From Ilumatobacteraceae bacterium (GTDB taxonomy: Bacteria > Actinomycetota > Acidimicrobiia > Acidimicrobiales > Ilumatobacteraceae): a stretch of DNA of 64,000 bases. Made by a program: the position numbers and the translations under genes. The notes beneath the pieces are model-generated. The model did not search any database and had not been told where the DNA came from. It saw only the letters and a list, made by a program, of their open reading frames with translations. Location of the stretch: NCBI GenBank assembly GCA_044238435.1, contig JBIIDH010000001.1, positions 5,101-69,100 on the forward strand, written 5' to 3'. This document shows, piece by piece, positions 18,418 to 26,623 of the stretch. The number at the start of each line of letters is the position of its first letter. Position 1 is the stretch's first letter.

Positions 18418-19584
18418 GTGTCCACCATCGCCAGCATCGTCGCCACCCCGGTCAACGTGCCGATGGTGGCGCCCTACCGGTTCTCGTTCGGCACTCTCGC
18501 CAGCTTCACCACCACCATCGTCGAGGTCACCGACAGTGACGGGGTCACCGGCATCGGCGAGACCCCGCACGGCGACCTCTCGGGCCTGATCTCCTCGATG
18601 GGCGCGCAGCTCGCCGGTTGCTCGGTCGACGACCTGAACGGGTGCGAAGCCCGGTGTGTGGCCCGCACCGGCTTCAGCCTGTGGGACGACTCGGCCAACG
18701 AGCGGCGGGCGTTCGGCGGCATCGAGATGGCGCTGTGGGACCTGCGGGCCAAGCGTGCCGGTGTTCCGCTGGTCGACCTGCTCGGTGGCCGAGTGCGCGA
18801 CAGCGTGGCGTTCACCGAGTACTTCGCGCTGCGCGTGGGCCGTGAGGAGACACCCGTCGACGTGGTGCGCTACTGCGAGCAGATCGCCGCCGATTTCGAC
18901 GCCCGGGTGTTCGAGGGCAAGCTCGGCGTGCTCGACGTGGAGACCGAGATGGCCATGGTGGCCGATCTGGTGCGGGCGCTCGGGCCGGGCCGGGTGCAGC
19001 GCCTCGATGCCAACGGCGTGTACACCGTGCCCACCGCTCGTCAGGTGGTGCGACGGCTCGCCGATCTGGGAGTGGGCTGGCTGGAAGACCCGTGCCGTAC
19101 CCACGACGAGACGGCCCGTCTACGCGCCGACGGGGCGCCGATCTCGTTCAGCACCCACCAGGTCGACCTCGCCCGCGCCGCCCGCGATGGCGTGCCCGAT
19201 GCCTTCTGCATCGACGCCACCGAGATGGGCGGCCTGCGACGCACGCAGGACTTCCTGCGCGCCTGCGCTGCGCTCGGCATCGACTTCTGGTGCTACAGCG
19301 GCGACGCCGGCGTGATGACCGCCGCCTACCTGCACCTCACCGCGGCGGAGGCATCGATGATCCGTCCGCACCAGAGCCTGTTCCGGTTCACCGCCGACGT
19401 GGTCGTCGAGCAGGGTCACTACTCGCCGAGGGGTGGTGTGCTGCCGGTGCCCGAGGCACCCGGCCTCGGTGTCACCATCGATCGGGCGGCCTTGGCTCGG
19501 CTCCATGAACGCTTCCGTGCCGAAGGGTCGATGGCGGCATCCGATGGCGACGGCGGGTACCGCCAGCAGTTCCGTCAGCAGTAG
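18418..19584 (+). CDS. enolase-superfamily enzyme (second tandem paralog)
   Basis: GTG start VSTIASIVATPVNVP, the same VSTI start as its neighbour. It has MR/MLE-like features (…LDANGVYT…EDP…). It lies 27 nt after the first copy. Confidence 0.8.
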   Translation: MSTIASIVATPVNVPMVAPYRFSFGTLASFTTTIVEVTDSDGVTGIGETPHGDLSGLISSMGAQLAGCSVDDLNGCEARCVARTGFSLWDDSANERRAFGGIEMALWDLRAKRAGVPLVDLLGGRVRDSVAFTEYFALRVGREETPVDVVRYCEQIAADFDARVFEGKLGVLDVETEMAMVADLVRALGPGRVQRLDANGVYTVPTARQVVRRLADLGVGWLEDPCRTHDETARLRADGAPISFSTHQVDLARAARDGVPDAFCIDATEMGGLRRTQDFLRACAALGIDFWCYSGDAGVMTAAYLHLTAAEASMIRPHQSLFRFTADVVVEQGHYSPRGGVLPVPEAPGLGVTIDRAALARLHERFRAEGSMAASDGDGGYRQQFRQQ

Positions 19585-19616
19585 CAGCACCCCAGCGCAG
19601 GGGTAGTGTTCCGGCC

Positions 19617-20231
19617 GTGGCGCGGACACCCGATCTCGAGCGTCGGCAGGAACTGCTCGACCGGATCGTCGATCACCTCGCCGAACACGGCCTCGCGCAG
19701 ACGACGTTGCGGCCACTCGCCGCCTCGCTCGGTGTCAGCATCAACCGCCTCGTGCACCATTTCGGTACCAAGGAGGAGCTGCTCGCCACGGCGTTGCGCC
19801 GCGGTGTCGAGCGGCAGAACGAGATCGAGGACGCGTGGATCGAGCGCGACCCGTCGATCTCGATGGCCGACATCTACCGCAAGTGGTGGAAGTGGATGAA
19901 CGCCAAACCGCAGAACCTGGCGCTCGTTCGACTCGGGTACGAGGCGGCTGCACTGAACACCACCGTCACCGGTCTCCCCGGCGACCTGCGCGCCGACCAG
20001 TTGGCGGTGTGGCGGCACTTCGTGGAGGAGAAGCTGCACCGCGAGGGCCTGCCCATGCCGCTCGCCCAGAGCGAGGCATCCATCCAGAAGGCCATCTTCA
20101 CCGGGTTGATCATCGACCTCGTGGCGTCGGGCGATCGCAAGCGACTCGGTGCAGCACTCGAGGTGTCGCTGCAGCGGCTCGAGGCGCTCATCGCCGCGGC
20201 CCGCGCCTCCACCGAACTGTCCGACACATAG
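19617..20231 (+). CDS. TetR-family transcriptional regulator
   Basis: 204 aa with an N-terminal HTH (LAEHGLAQTTLRPLAASLGVSINRLVHHFGTKEELL). GTG start. Confidence 0.8.
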   Translation: MARTPDLERRQELLDRIVDHLAEHGLAQTTLRPLAASLGVSINRLVHHFGTKEELLATALRRGVERQNEIEDAWIERDPSISMADIYRKWWKWMNAKPQNLALVRLGYEAAALNTTVTGLPGDLRADQLAVWRHFVEEKLHREGLPMPLAQSEASIQKAIFTGLIIDLVASGDRKRLGAALEVSLQRLEALIAAARASTELSDT

Positions 20232-20296
20232 CACCCTTGGTATGACGGTCAGACCACGAGTAGTGTTCGCCGACACCTGCCGAACAAGGGAGTGAC

Positions 20297-20824
20297 ATGA
20301 CGTACCCGAACATCCTGGTCTTCGTCGACTTTCCGACCGACGATGTGAACGCCGCTCGCGCCTTCTACGCCGAGGTCTTCAACTGGGAGGTCGAGGACCG
20401 CATCAAGGACCTCTTCGCCCGTATCGTCCCGGGCCAGAACTTCAAGCTCGACGACGGCACCCAGGGGCCCACGGGCAACCTGCACATGGGCATCGCCAAC
20501 GCGGCCGACATGCGGCCGCGACCCGACTACGTGTCGGGCGAGCCCACCACGCTGAACCGCACCGGCCGTGGTGCTCGCGCCTGGATCCTGGTCAGCGAGG
20601 ACGACTCGTTCGAGCGCATCCTCGAGGCAGCGGTGCGCCTCGGTGGCACCGAACTGTGGCGCAACCACTTCTGGACCGAGTTCGGCGGCGCCAACGCCTC
20701 GTTCATAGACCCGTGGGGCAACCAGATCATGCTGTGGCAGCACCTGCCCGATGTGGAGCGCGACGAGGAGAGCCACCAGGTGGTGGGCGAACACAAGATC
20801 CCCGAGGGCTGGACCGTCGAGTGA
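20297..20824 (+). CDS. VOC-family (glyoxalase/bleomycin-resistance/dioxygenase-like) protein
   Basis: 175 aa with glyoxalase-like beta-alpha-beta-beta-beta modules (…AARAFYAEVFNWEV… / …FIDPWGNQIMLWQ). AAGGGAG lies upstream of the ATG. Confidence 0.6.
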   Translation: MTYPNILVFVDFPTDDVNAARAFYAEVFNWEVEDRIKDLFARIVPGQNFKLDDGTQGPTGNLHMGIANAADMRPRPDYVSGEPTTLNRTGRGARAWILVSEDDSFERILEAAVRLGGTELWRNHFWTEFGGANASFIDPWGNQIMLWQHLPDVERDEESHQVVGEHKIPEGWTVE

Positions 20825-20846
20825 CCGCCCGGCGCGGAGCCGACGC

Positions 20847-22094
20847 TCAGTCGATGGTGCCGTAGGCGCCCTGATCGCCTGAGGCGGCGGCTGCGGTCAC
20901 CTCGTCGATCGACGCGCCGAGATCGGCGAGGAATGACTCCACCTTGTCGGCGTGCACGGCATTCACGGTGAGGTGCAGCGACGGGGGAGGGCCCTGCCGG
21001 TCGACGTACCAGCCGCGCCGCCACAGCGCGTCGGCGACCGCGTACACATCGAGTGCCGATGGGTCGGCAGCGCCGAACGACAGCAGCATCGCATCGGGTT
21101 CGGCGCGCAGCACCAGTTCGGGCATCGACCGCACGGCGGCAGCGATCTGCTCGGTGGCGCGTCGGGCGTCGGCCGTGAGGCGGAGGTACCCCTCGTCGCC
21201 CAGGTGGTGCATCACCGCCCACGCCGCGGCCATCGGACCGCCACCCTTGGTGCCCAGCACACCCGACGAGCCGTACATGCCGCCGAGCCAGTTGTCGGTG
21301 ACGAAGGTCTGGTAGGCACGCAGTCGCTTCGAGCGGTGCATGATCACCGACGCACCCTTCGCGGTGTAGCCGAACTTGTGCAGGTCGACCGAGATGCTGG
21401 TCACCCCCGGCACCGTGAAGTTCCACGGGGCGATGTCGTAGCCCAGCCGGGCGAGATACGTCAGCGTCACGCCGCCCATGCAGGCGTCGACGTGGCAGTT
21501 GATGTCGCGCTCGGCGGCCAGGGCGGCGATGTCGGCGATGGGGTCGACCACACCCTGCGGGTACTGGGGTGCCGAGCCCACCACCAGCACGGTGTCGTCG
21601 TCGATGGCGTCGGCCATCGCGTCTGCATCGGCTCGCCAGTCGTCGCGCACGGCAACCCGTCGGCTCTCGAGGCCGAAGTAGTAGCACCCTTTCTCGAACG
21701 CCGCGTGGGCACTGGTGGGCAGCACCACGTTCGGCCGGGCAACGCCTCGCTCGGCGCGGCCCCGCTCGCGTGCCGCCTTCACCGCCATGAGAATGCTCTC
21801 GGTGCCGCCACTCGTCATGAATCCGGCACCATCGGGGCCCGCCTGCAGCCAGTCGGCCACGATTCCCACCACCTCGGCCTGGATGGTGCGCAGGCTGGGG
21901 AACGCATCGGTGTTGAGGGCGTTGTCGGTGCTGAAGCGGCGGTGCGCCTCGTCGGCGACGGCCGACACCTCGGGCCCCGCGTAGTAGGCGAGCGTGAACG
22001 CCCGCCCGTCGCGCCACCGGACGTCGTGCTCCTTCAGCGCGTCGAGCCGGGCGAGCACCTGATCGGCAGGAACGCCGGAGGAGGGGAGTGTCAT
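20847..22094 (-). CDS. PLP-dependent group II decarboxylase / sphingosine-1-phosphate-lyase-like enzyme (start uncertain)
   Basis: 415 aa with a PLP-lysine context SISVDLHKFGYTAKGASV and a …MTSGGTESILMAV… motif. Its ATG overlaps the divergent aminotransferase ATG. Confidence 0.7.
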   Translation of the reverse strand: MTLPSSGVPADQVLARLDALKEHDVRWRDGRAFTLAYYAGPEVSAVADEAHRRFSTDNALNTDAFPSLRTIQAEVVGIVADWLQAGPDGAGFMTSGGTESILMAVKAARERGRAERGVARPNVVLPTSAHAAFEKGCYYFGLESRRVAVRDDWRADADAMADAIDDDTVLVVGSAPQYPQGVVDPIADIAALAAERDINCHVDACMGGVTLTYLARLGYDIAPWNFTVPGVTSISVDLHKFGYTAKGASVIMHRSKRLRAYQTFVTDNWLGGMYGSSGVLGTKGGGPMAAAWAVMHHLGDEGYLRLTADARRATEQIAAAVRSMPELVLRAEPDAMLLSFGAADPSALDVYAVADALWRRGWYVDRQGPPPSLHLTVNAVHADKVESFLADLGASIDEVTAAAASGDQGAYGTID

Positions 22095-23301
22095 GACGGC
22101 AACGTACCCGAGCAGCCCACTCGGGCCTGCCTACGCTCGGTTGGTGCGCACCGACGGCTTCCTCCTGAACCCCGACATCACGTTCCTGAACCACGGTTCG
22201 TTCGGAGCGTGCCCGGAGCCGGTGTTCGCGGCGTACCAGCGCCTGCAGCTCGAGATGGAACGCCAGCCGGTCGAGTGGTTGGCCCGTCGCTCCGACGACC
22301 TGCTGGGCGCTGCCCGGGCGCGCCTGGCCGCCTACCTCGGTGCGCAGGCCGACGACCTGGTGTACGTGCCCAACCCCACCACGGCGGTGAACATCGTGGC
22401 GCGCAGCCTGCGCCTGCAGCCGGGCGACGAGGTGCTCACCACCGACCACGAGTACGGTGCGATGAACCGCACCTGGCGGGTGATCTGCGAGCAGGCCGGG
22501 GCGCGCTACGTGCAGGTGCCCGTCCCCGTACCGGTCTCCACGCACGCCGACTTCGTCGAGCGACTGTGGGCCCAGGTCACCGAGCGCACCAAGGTGATCT
22601 TCCTCAGCCACATCACCAGCGACACCGCGCTCGTGTTCCCGGCCGACGAGATCTGCCGCCGGGCCAGGGCCGCCGGCATCTTCACCATCGTCGACGGGGC
22701 GCACGTGCCGGCCCACATCCCGCTGCACCTCGGCACCCTCGACGCCGACATCTACACCGGCGCCTGCCACAAGTGGCTGTGCGCCCCGAAGGGCTCGGCG
22801 TTCCTGTGGGCCCGCCGCGACGTGCAGCCGATGCTGCGTCCGCTGGTGGTGAGTTGGGGATGGGAGCCCGCCGTGCCCGGTCCCTCGCCGTTCATCGACC
22901 ATCACCAGTGGCAGGGCACCCGCGACCTGAGCGCGTTCCTGGCCACACCTGCGGCCATCGACTACGAGGAAGCCAACGACTGGGACGGTGTGCGCGAGCG
23001 CTGCCACGCCGCTGCCGTCGAGGCGAGCGCACTGCTGCACGGCGTCACCGGGTGCGAACCGTTCAGCCCCGAGCACACCGGCGACCAGCGTTCGCCCATC
23101 TGGTACGGGCAGATGGTGGCCATCCGCCTGCCCGACCACGTCGATGTGGCCGACCTGAAGCGGCGCCTGTACGACGACCACCGCATCGAGGTGCCCGTCT
23201 ACCGCTGGGCCGACATCCCCATCCTGCGCGTGTCGATCCAGATGTACAACACCCCCGACGACGTCGACCGCCTCGCCGCCGCCCTCCGCACGCTCCTCTG
23301 A
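22093..23301 (+). CDS. class V aminotransferase-fold PLP-dependent enzyme (cysteine desulfurase / isopenicillin-N-epimerase-like)
   Basis: 402 aa, …FLNHGSFGACPE…, with PLP Lys in GACHKWLCAPKGSAF. A strong SD GGAGGAGGGGAG lies 6 nt upstream. Confidence 0.75.
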   Translation: MTATYPSSPLGPAYARLVRTDGFLLNPDITFLNHGSFGACPEPVFAAYQRLQLEMERQPVEWLARRSDDLLGAARARLAAYLGAQADDLVYVPNPTTAVNIVARSLRLQPGDEVLTTDHEYGAMNRTWRVICEQAGARYVQVPVPVPVSTHADFVERLWAQVTERTKVIFLSHITSDTALVFPADEICRRARAAGIFTIVDGAHVPAHIPLHLGTLDADIYTGACHKWLCAPKGSAFLWARRDVQPMLRPLVVSWGWEPAVPGPSPFIDHHQWQGTRDLSAFLATPAAIDYEEANDWDGVRERCHAAAVEASALLHGVTGCEPFSPEHTGDQRSPIWYGQMVAIRLPDHVDVADLKRRLYDDHRIEVPVYRWADIPILRVSIQMYNTPDDVDRLAAALRTLL

Positions 23302-23369
23302 CCCGCCACCACCCGCCGCGATGAGCACCCTGCGCAGCAGGTGCGCATGTTGCTCATCGCGGTGGCGGG
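23302..23369. other. large imperfect hairpin (9-bp plus 10-bp stem with a 7-nt bulge, 23-nt loop containing two TGCGCA palindromes) between the aminotransferase and amidohydrolase genes
   Basis: The arms cccgccacc/ggtggcggg and gcgatgagca/tgctcatcgc are seen directly. The element starts 1 nt after the aminotransferase stop. It is a candidate intrinsic terminator or attenuator, or a REP-like element. Confidence 0.4.
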
Positions 23370-23392
23370 GGAGGGCGGCTAACGTCGGCGCG

Positions 23393-24265
23393 ATGGGGAT
23401 GCCGACCGACATCGGGGTGATCGACCTCATGCTGGGCATCCCCGAACCGGGCATGCGCGCCCACTGGTACGACTTCTTGAAGCCGAACCTGCGCGACACC
23501 GAGAGCCAGTCGATGGCGATGCCGGCGCAGTACCTGTTCAAGGACATCCCCGACGACCCGAGCGATGCCGACATGATCGCCTGGACCGTCGACCAGATGA
23601 ACGGCCACGGCATCGCCAAGGCGCTCATCGGCGTCGACCTCGCCGGCGGCATCCAGAACGACGCCATCGTCCGACACCCCGACCGTTTTTTCGGCTGCCT
23701 GCACGTCGATCCCAACGGCGGTATGGCCGTGGTGCGCGCCATCCAGGAGGCGCACGACCGGCTCGGCATCAAGGGCGTGTCGCTGTTCCCCTCGGGCTGC
23801 AACCCGCCGGTGCCCATCGACGACAAGCGCATGTACCCGGTGTACGCGAAGTGCGCCGAACTCGGCATCGCCGTGCTGTGCTGCGTGGGCGTGCCCGGGC
23901 CGCGGCTGCCGATGGCGGCCCAGCACGTCGAACGCATCGACGAGGTGTGCTGGTACTTCCCCGAGCTCACCTTCGTGATGCGCCACGGCGGCGAACCCTG
24001 GGTCGACCTCGCCGTGAAGCTGCTGCTGAAGTGGCCGAACCTCTACTACAGCACGTCGGCGTTCACGCCCCGGCGCTACCCGCAGGAGATCATCGACTTC
24101 GCCAACACCCGGGGGAGCGACAAGGTGATGTACGCCGGCTACTTCCCGATGGGCCTCAGCCTCGGCCGCATCTTCCGCGAACTGCCGAACGTGCCGCTGC
24201 GCGACGAGGTGTGGCCGAAGTTCCTGCGCGACAACGCCGTGCGCGTGTTCGGACTCGACCGATGA
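23393..24265 (+). CDS. amidohydrolase-2 / TIM-barrel metal-dependent hydrolase family protein (ACMSD-like)
   Basis: Start at MGMPTDIGVIDLMLGIPE. It has a C-terminal …DKVMYAGYFPMG… motif. Its stop overlaps the next ATG (ATGA). An alternative upstream ATG at 23321 lies inside a large hairpin. Confidence 0.6.
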   Translation: MGMPTDIGVIDLMLGIPEPGMRAHWYDFLKPNLRDTESQSMAMPAQYLFKDIPDDPSDADMIAWTVDQMNGHGIAKALIGVDLAGGIQNDAIVRHPDRFFGCLHVDPNGGMAVVRAIQEAHDRLGIKGVSLFPSGCNPPVPIDDKRMYPVYAKCAELGIAVLCCVGVPGPRLPMAAQHVERIDEVCWYFPELTFVMRHGGEPWVDLAVKLLLKWPNLYYSTSAFTPRRYPQEIIDFANTRGSDKVMYAGYFPMGLSLGRIFRELPNVPLRDEVWPKFLRDNAVRVFGLDR

Positions 24266-25239
24266 GTGCACCCCTGCAGCAGCGACCCACCAGCGAACGC
24301 TGGCCGTGGCCCATCCCGTTCGGCTGGTTCGCCCTCGGCTGGTCGCACGAACTGACCGAGCAACAGGTGCTGCCGCGGCACGTGTTCGGCGCCGACACCG
24401 TGCTGTGGCGCGACGCCGACGGAACCGCCCACCTGCACGACGCCTACTGCCCCCACCTCGGCGCGCACCTCGGCGTGGGCGGCAGCGTCGACGGATGCAC
24501 CATCGTGTGCCCGTTCCACGCCTGGGCGTTCGATGCCGAAGGCCGCAACACGATCATCCCCTACAGCGACCGCACCAACGCCAAGGCCCGCCTGCGCACC
24601 TACCCGGTGGTCGAGCGCAACGGGCTGATCATGGCCTGGTACCACCCGCACGAGGCCGAGCCGCAGTGGGAGATCCCCGAGGTGCCCGAGTTCGGCACCA
24701 CAGGTGTGGGGGAGGAGTTCAGCGACCCGTTCACCCGCCAGTTCGAGATCGCCACGGCATGGCAGGAGATGGCCGAGAACGGCGTCGACTCGGCCCACTT
24801 CCGCTACGTGCACGGTACTGCCGAGGTGCCCGTGCTCGAGAGCTACGAGACCGAGGGCCATCGCTCGCGGATGCGGTCGAAGCAGTTCTTCGTCACGCCT
24901 CGGGGCACCACCGAGGGCCGCATCGACAGCGACGGGTGGGGCCCGGGCTTCTCGGTGGTGCGTTTCAGCGGCATCGTCGAGACCCTGCTGCTGGGCTGTG
25001 CCACCCCGGTGGAACGCGACCGGTGCGAGATGCGGTTCACGTTCTGCGTGCGTCGTTTCGCCGACGACCGGGTCACGAGCAGTGTGGGCGAGGCCTTCGT
25101 GAACGAGGTGTCGCGGCAACTGCTGGAAGACAAGCCGATCTGGGAGCACAAGACCTACATCGACCGGCCAGCACTCGCCGACACCGACGGACCCTTCGCC
25201 GCCTTCCGCCGCTGGGCCAGCCGGTTCTACGCGGCCTGA
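24262..25239 (+). CDS. Rieske [2Fe-2S] non-heme iron oxygenase, KshA/phthalate-family-like, alpha-only
   Basis: 325 aa from MSAPLQQ. Rieske motif CPHLGAHLG…x17…CPFHAW. Mononuclear-iron motif ENGVDSAHFRYVHG (D-x2-H-x4-H). Confidence 0.8.
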   Translation: MSAPLQQRPTSERWPWPIPFGWFALGWSHELTEQQVLPRHVFGADTVLWRDADGTAHLHDAYCPHLGAHLGVGGSVDGCTIVCPFHAWAFDAEGRNTIIPYSDRTNAKARLRTYPVVERNGLIMAWYHPHEAEPQWEIPEVPEFGTTGVGEEFSDPFTRQFEIATAWQEMAENGVDSAHFRYVHGTAEVPVLESYETEGHRSRMRSKQFFVTPRGTTEGRIDSDGWGPGFSVVRFSGIVETLLLGCATPVERDRCEMRFTFCVRRFADDRVTSSVGEAFVNEVSRQLLEDKPIWEHKTYIDRPALADTDGPFAAFRRWASRFYAA

Positions 25240-25260
25240 GCAGCGCGGATCACCCGTCGA

Positions 25261-26091
25261 ATGGCCATCCTCCTCGCCGCCGTCGCCGCCGTGCTGCTGG
25301 GCGCCTCCGACTTCTTCGCCGCCCGCTCGGCGCGCCATGCCGCCAGCCTCACGGTCACCCGCACGGTGGTGCTCACCTCGGCCGTGCTGTCGCCGCTGCT
25401 GGTGCTGGTGGTCGACTCGCGGTGGATCGGCCGCGACATGCTGCTGGGCGCGCTGGCCGGGCTGTCGATGATCACCGGGCTGATGCTGCTCTACCACGGC
25501 TACAAGGTGTCGCGCATCGGCATCGTTGCTCCCATCTCGTCGGTGCTGCTGGCTGCCGTACCGGTCGTCACCGATCTGGTGCGCGGCGAGCGCCCCAGCA
25601 CCCTCGGCACGGTCGGCATCGCCATCGGCCTCGTCGCCGTGGTGCTGACCAGCTATCAGCCGGGCGGCGAGGGCAGCGTGCGCCAGGGCGCCATCCTCGG
25701 GGTCACCTCGGGCATCGGGTTCGGCATCGCCTTCACGCTGATGGGCGAGGTGAGCGCTGAGGCCGGCCTGGCGCCCGTGTTCGCTCAACGTGGCACCGGA
25801 CTGGTGCTGCTGTGCGTGATCGCCCTGTTCCGGGCCGAGCCGTTCCTGGTGCAGCACCCGCTCGGCCGACGCATGGCGATGATCAGCGGCGTGTTCGGCG
25901 TGGTGGCCATCGGCTCGCTGCAGTTGGCGTTCCGCGAGGGGGCATCGGGCCCGGTGTCGGTGGCCGGCTCGCAGTTCGCCACCGTCGCCGTCATCCTCTC
26001 GGTGCTGTTCAACCGCGAGCGGATGCGCTGGTGGCAGGGCATCGGGGTGGGCGCCACCGCCGTGGGTGTCGCCCTGATGGCCCTCGGCTGA
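25261..26091 (+). CDS. EamA/DMT-family transporter
   Basis: 276 aa with about 10 predicted TM helices and two-repeat EamA topology. Confidence 0.7.
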   Translation: MAILLAAVAAVLLGASDFFAARSARHAASLTVTRTVVLTSAVLSPLLVLVVDSRWIGRDMLLGALAGLSMITGLMLLYHGYKVSRIGIVAPISSVLLAAVPVVTDLVRGERPSTLGTVGIAIGLVAVVLTSYQPGGEGSVRQGAILGVTSGIGFGIAFTLMGEVSAEAGLAPVFAQRGTGLVLLCVIALFRAEPFLVQHPLGRRMAMISGVFGVVAIGSLQLAFREGASGPVSVAGSQFATVAVILSVLFNRERMRWWQGIGVGATAVGVALMALG

Positions 26092-26116
26092 CGGCCCCAC
26101 ACCGGTCGGCGCCGAT

Positions 26117-26158
26117 CTTGTTCGAGTTTCCGTTGTGTACGACCGAAACTCGAACAAG
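26117..26158. promoter_or_regulatory. perfect 14-bp inverted repeat CTTGTTCGAGTTTC…GAAACTCGAACAAG separated by 14 nt; candidate operator or structured element
   Basis: Seen directly in the sequence. It is a locally AT-richer site between EamA and the FKBP/MttB2 genes with no downstream T-tract. Confidence 0.4.
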
Positions 26159-26235
26159 TTCGGGTGTGGCTACCGCCGCAAGCCAGCGTCGACCCGCCAG
26201 GGACTGGCCGACCGGACAGCGGCTAGGGTCGAGAC

Positions 26236-26613
26236 ATGAGCGATCGCACCAAGCCTTCCATCACCATTCCCGCCGGCGACCCGCCCGCCGACCTGCTGAT
26301 CGACGACGAGATCGTCGGCGACGGCGACGAGGCCACCATCGGCAAGCGGGTCACCGTGCACTACGCCGGTGTGGCGTGGAGCACAGGCAGCGAGTTCGAC
26401 GCCAGCTGGAACCGCGGCGAGACGTTCAGCTTCCGCCTCGGCGCCCGCGAAGTGATCGAGGGCTGGGACCGCGGCGTGAAGGGGATGAAGGTGGGTGGCC
26501 GTCGGCGCCTCACCATCCCGGCCGACCTGGGCTACGGCAGCAGGGGAGCGGGCGGGGTGATCAAGGGCGGCGAGACCCTCGTGTTCGTCGTCGACCTCGT
26601 CTCGGTGCGCTGA
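26236..26613 (+). CDS. FKBP-type peptidyl-prolyl cis-trans isomerase
   Basis: 125 aa. …VTVHYAGVAWSTGSEFDASWNRGETFSFRLGAREVIEGWDRGVKGMKVGGRRRLTIPADLGYG… is the canonical FKBP fold signature. Confidence 0.9.
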   Translation: MSDRTKPSITIPAGDPPADLLIDDEIVGDGDEATIGKRVTVHYAGVAWSTGSEFDASWNRGETFSFRLGAREVIEGWDRGVKGMKVGGRRRLTIPADLGYGSRGAGGVIKGGETLVFVVDLVSVR

Positions 26614-26623
26614 GCAACCGTCG

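Noticed and set aside
20825-20846. Short GC-rich segment CCGCCCGGCGCGG between the convergent VOC and decarboxylase genes as a terminator
   Set aside because: It is only 22 nt, and imperfectly symmetric with no clear stem of 6 bp or more. That is insufficient evidence.
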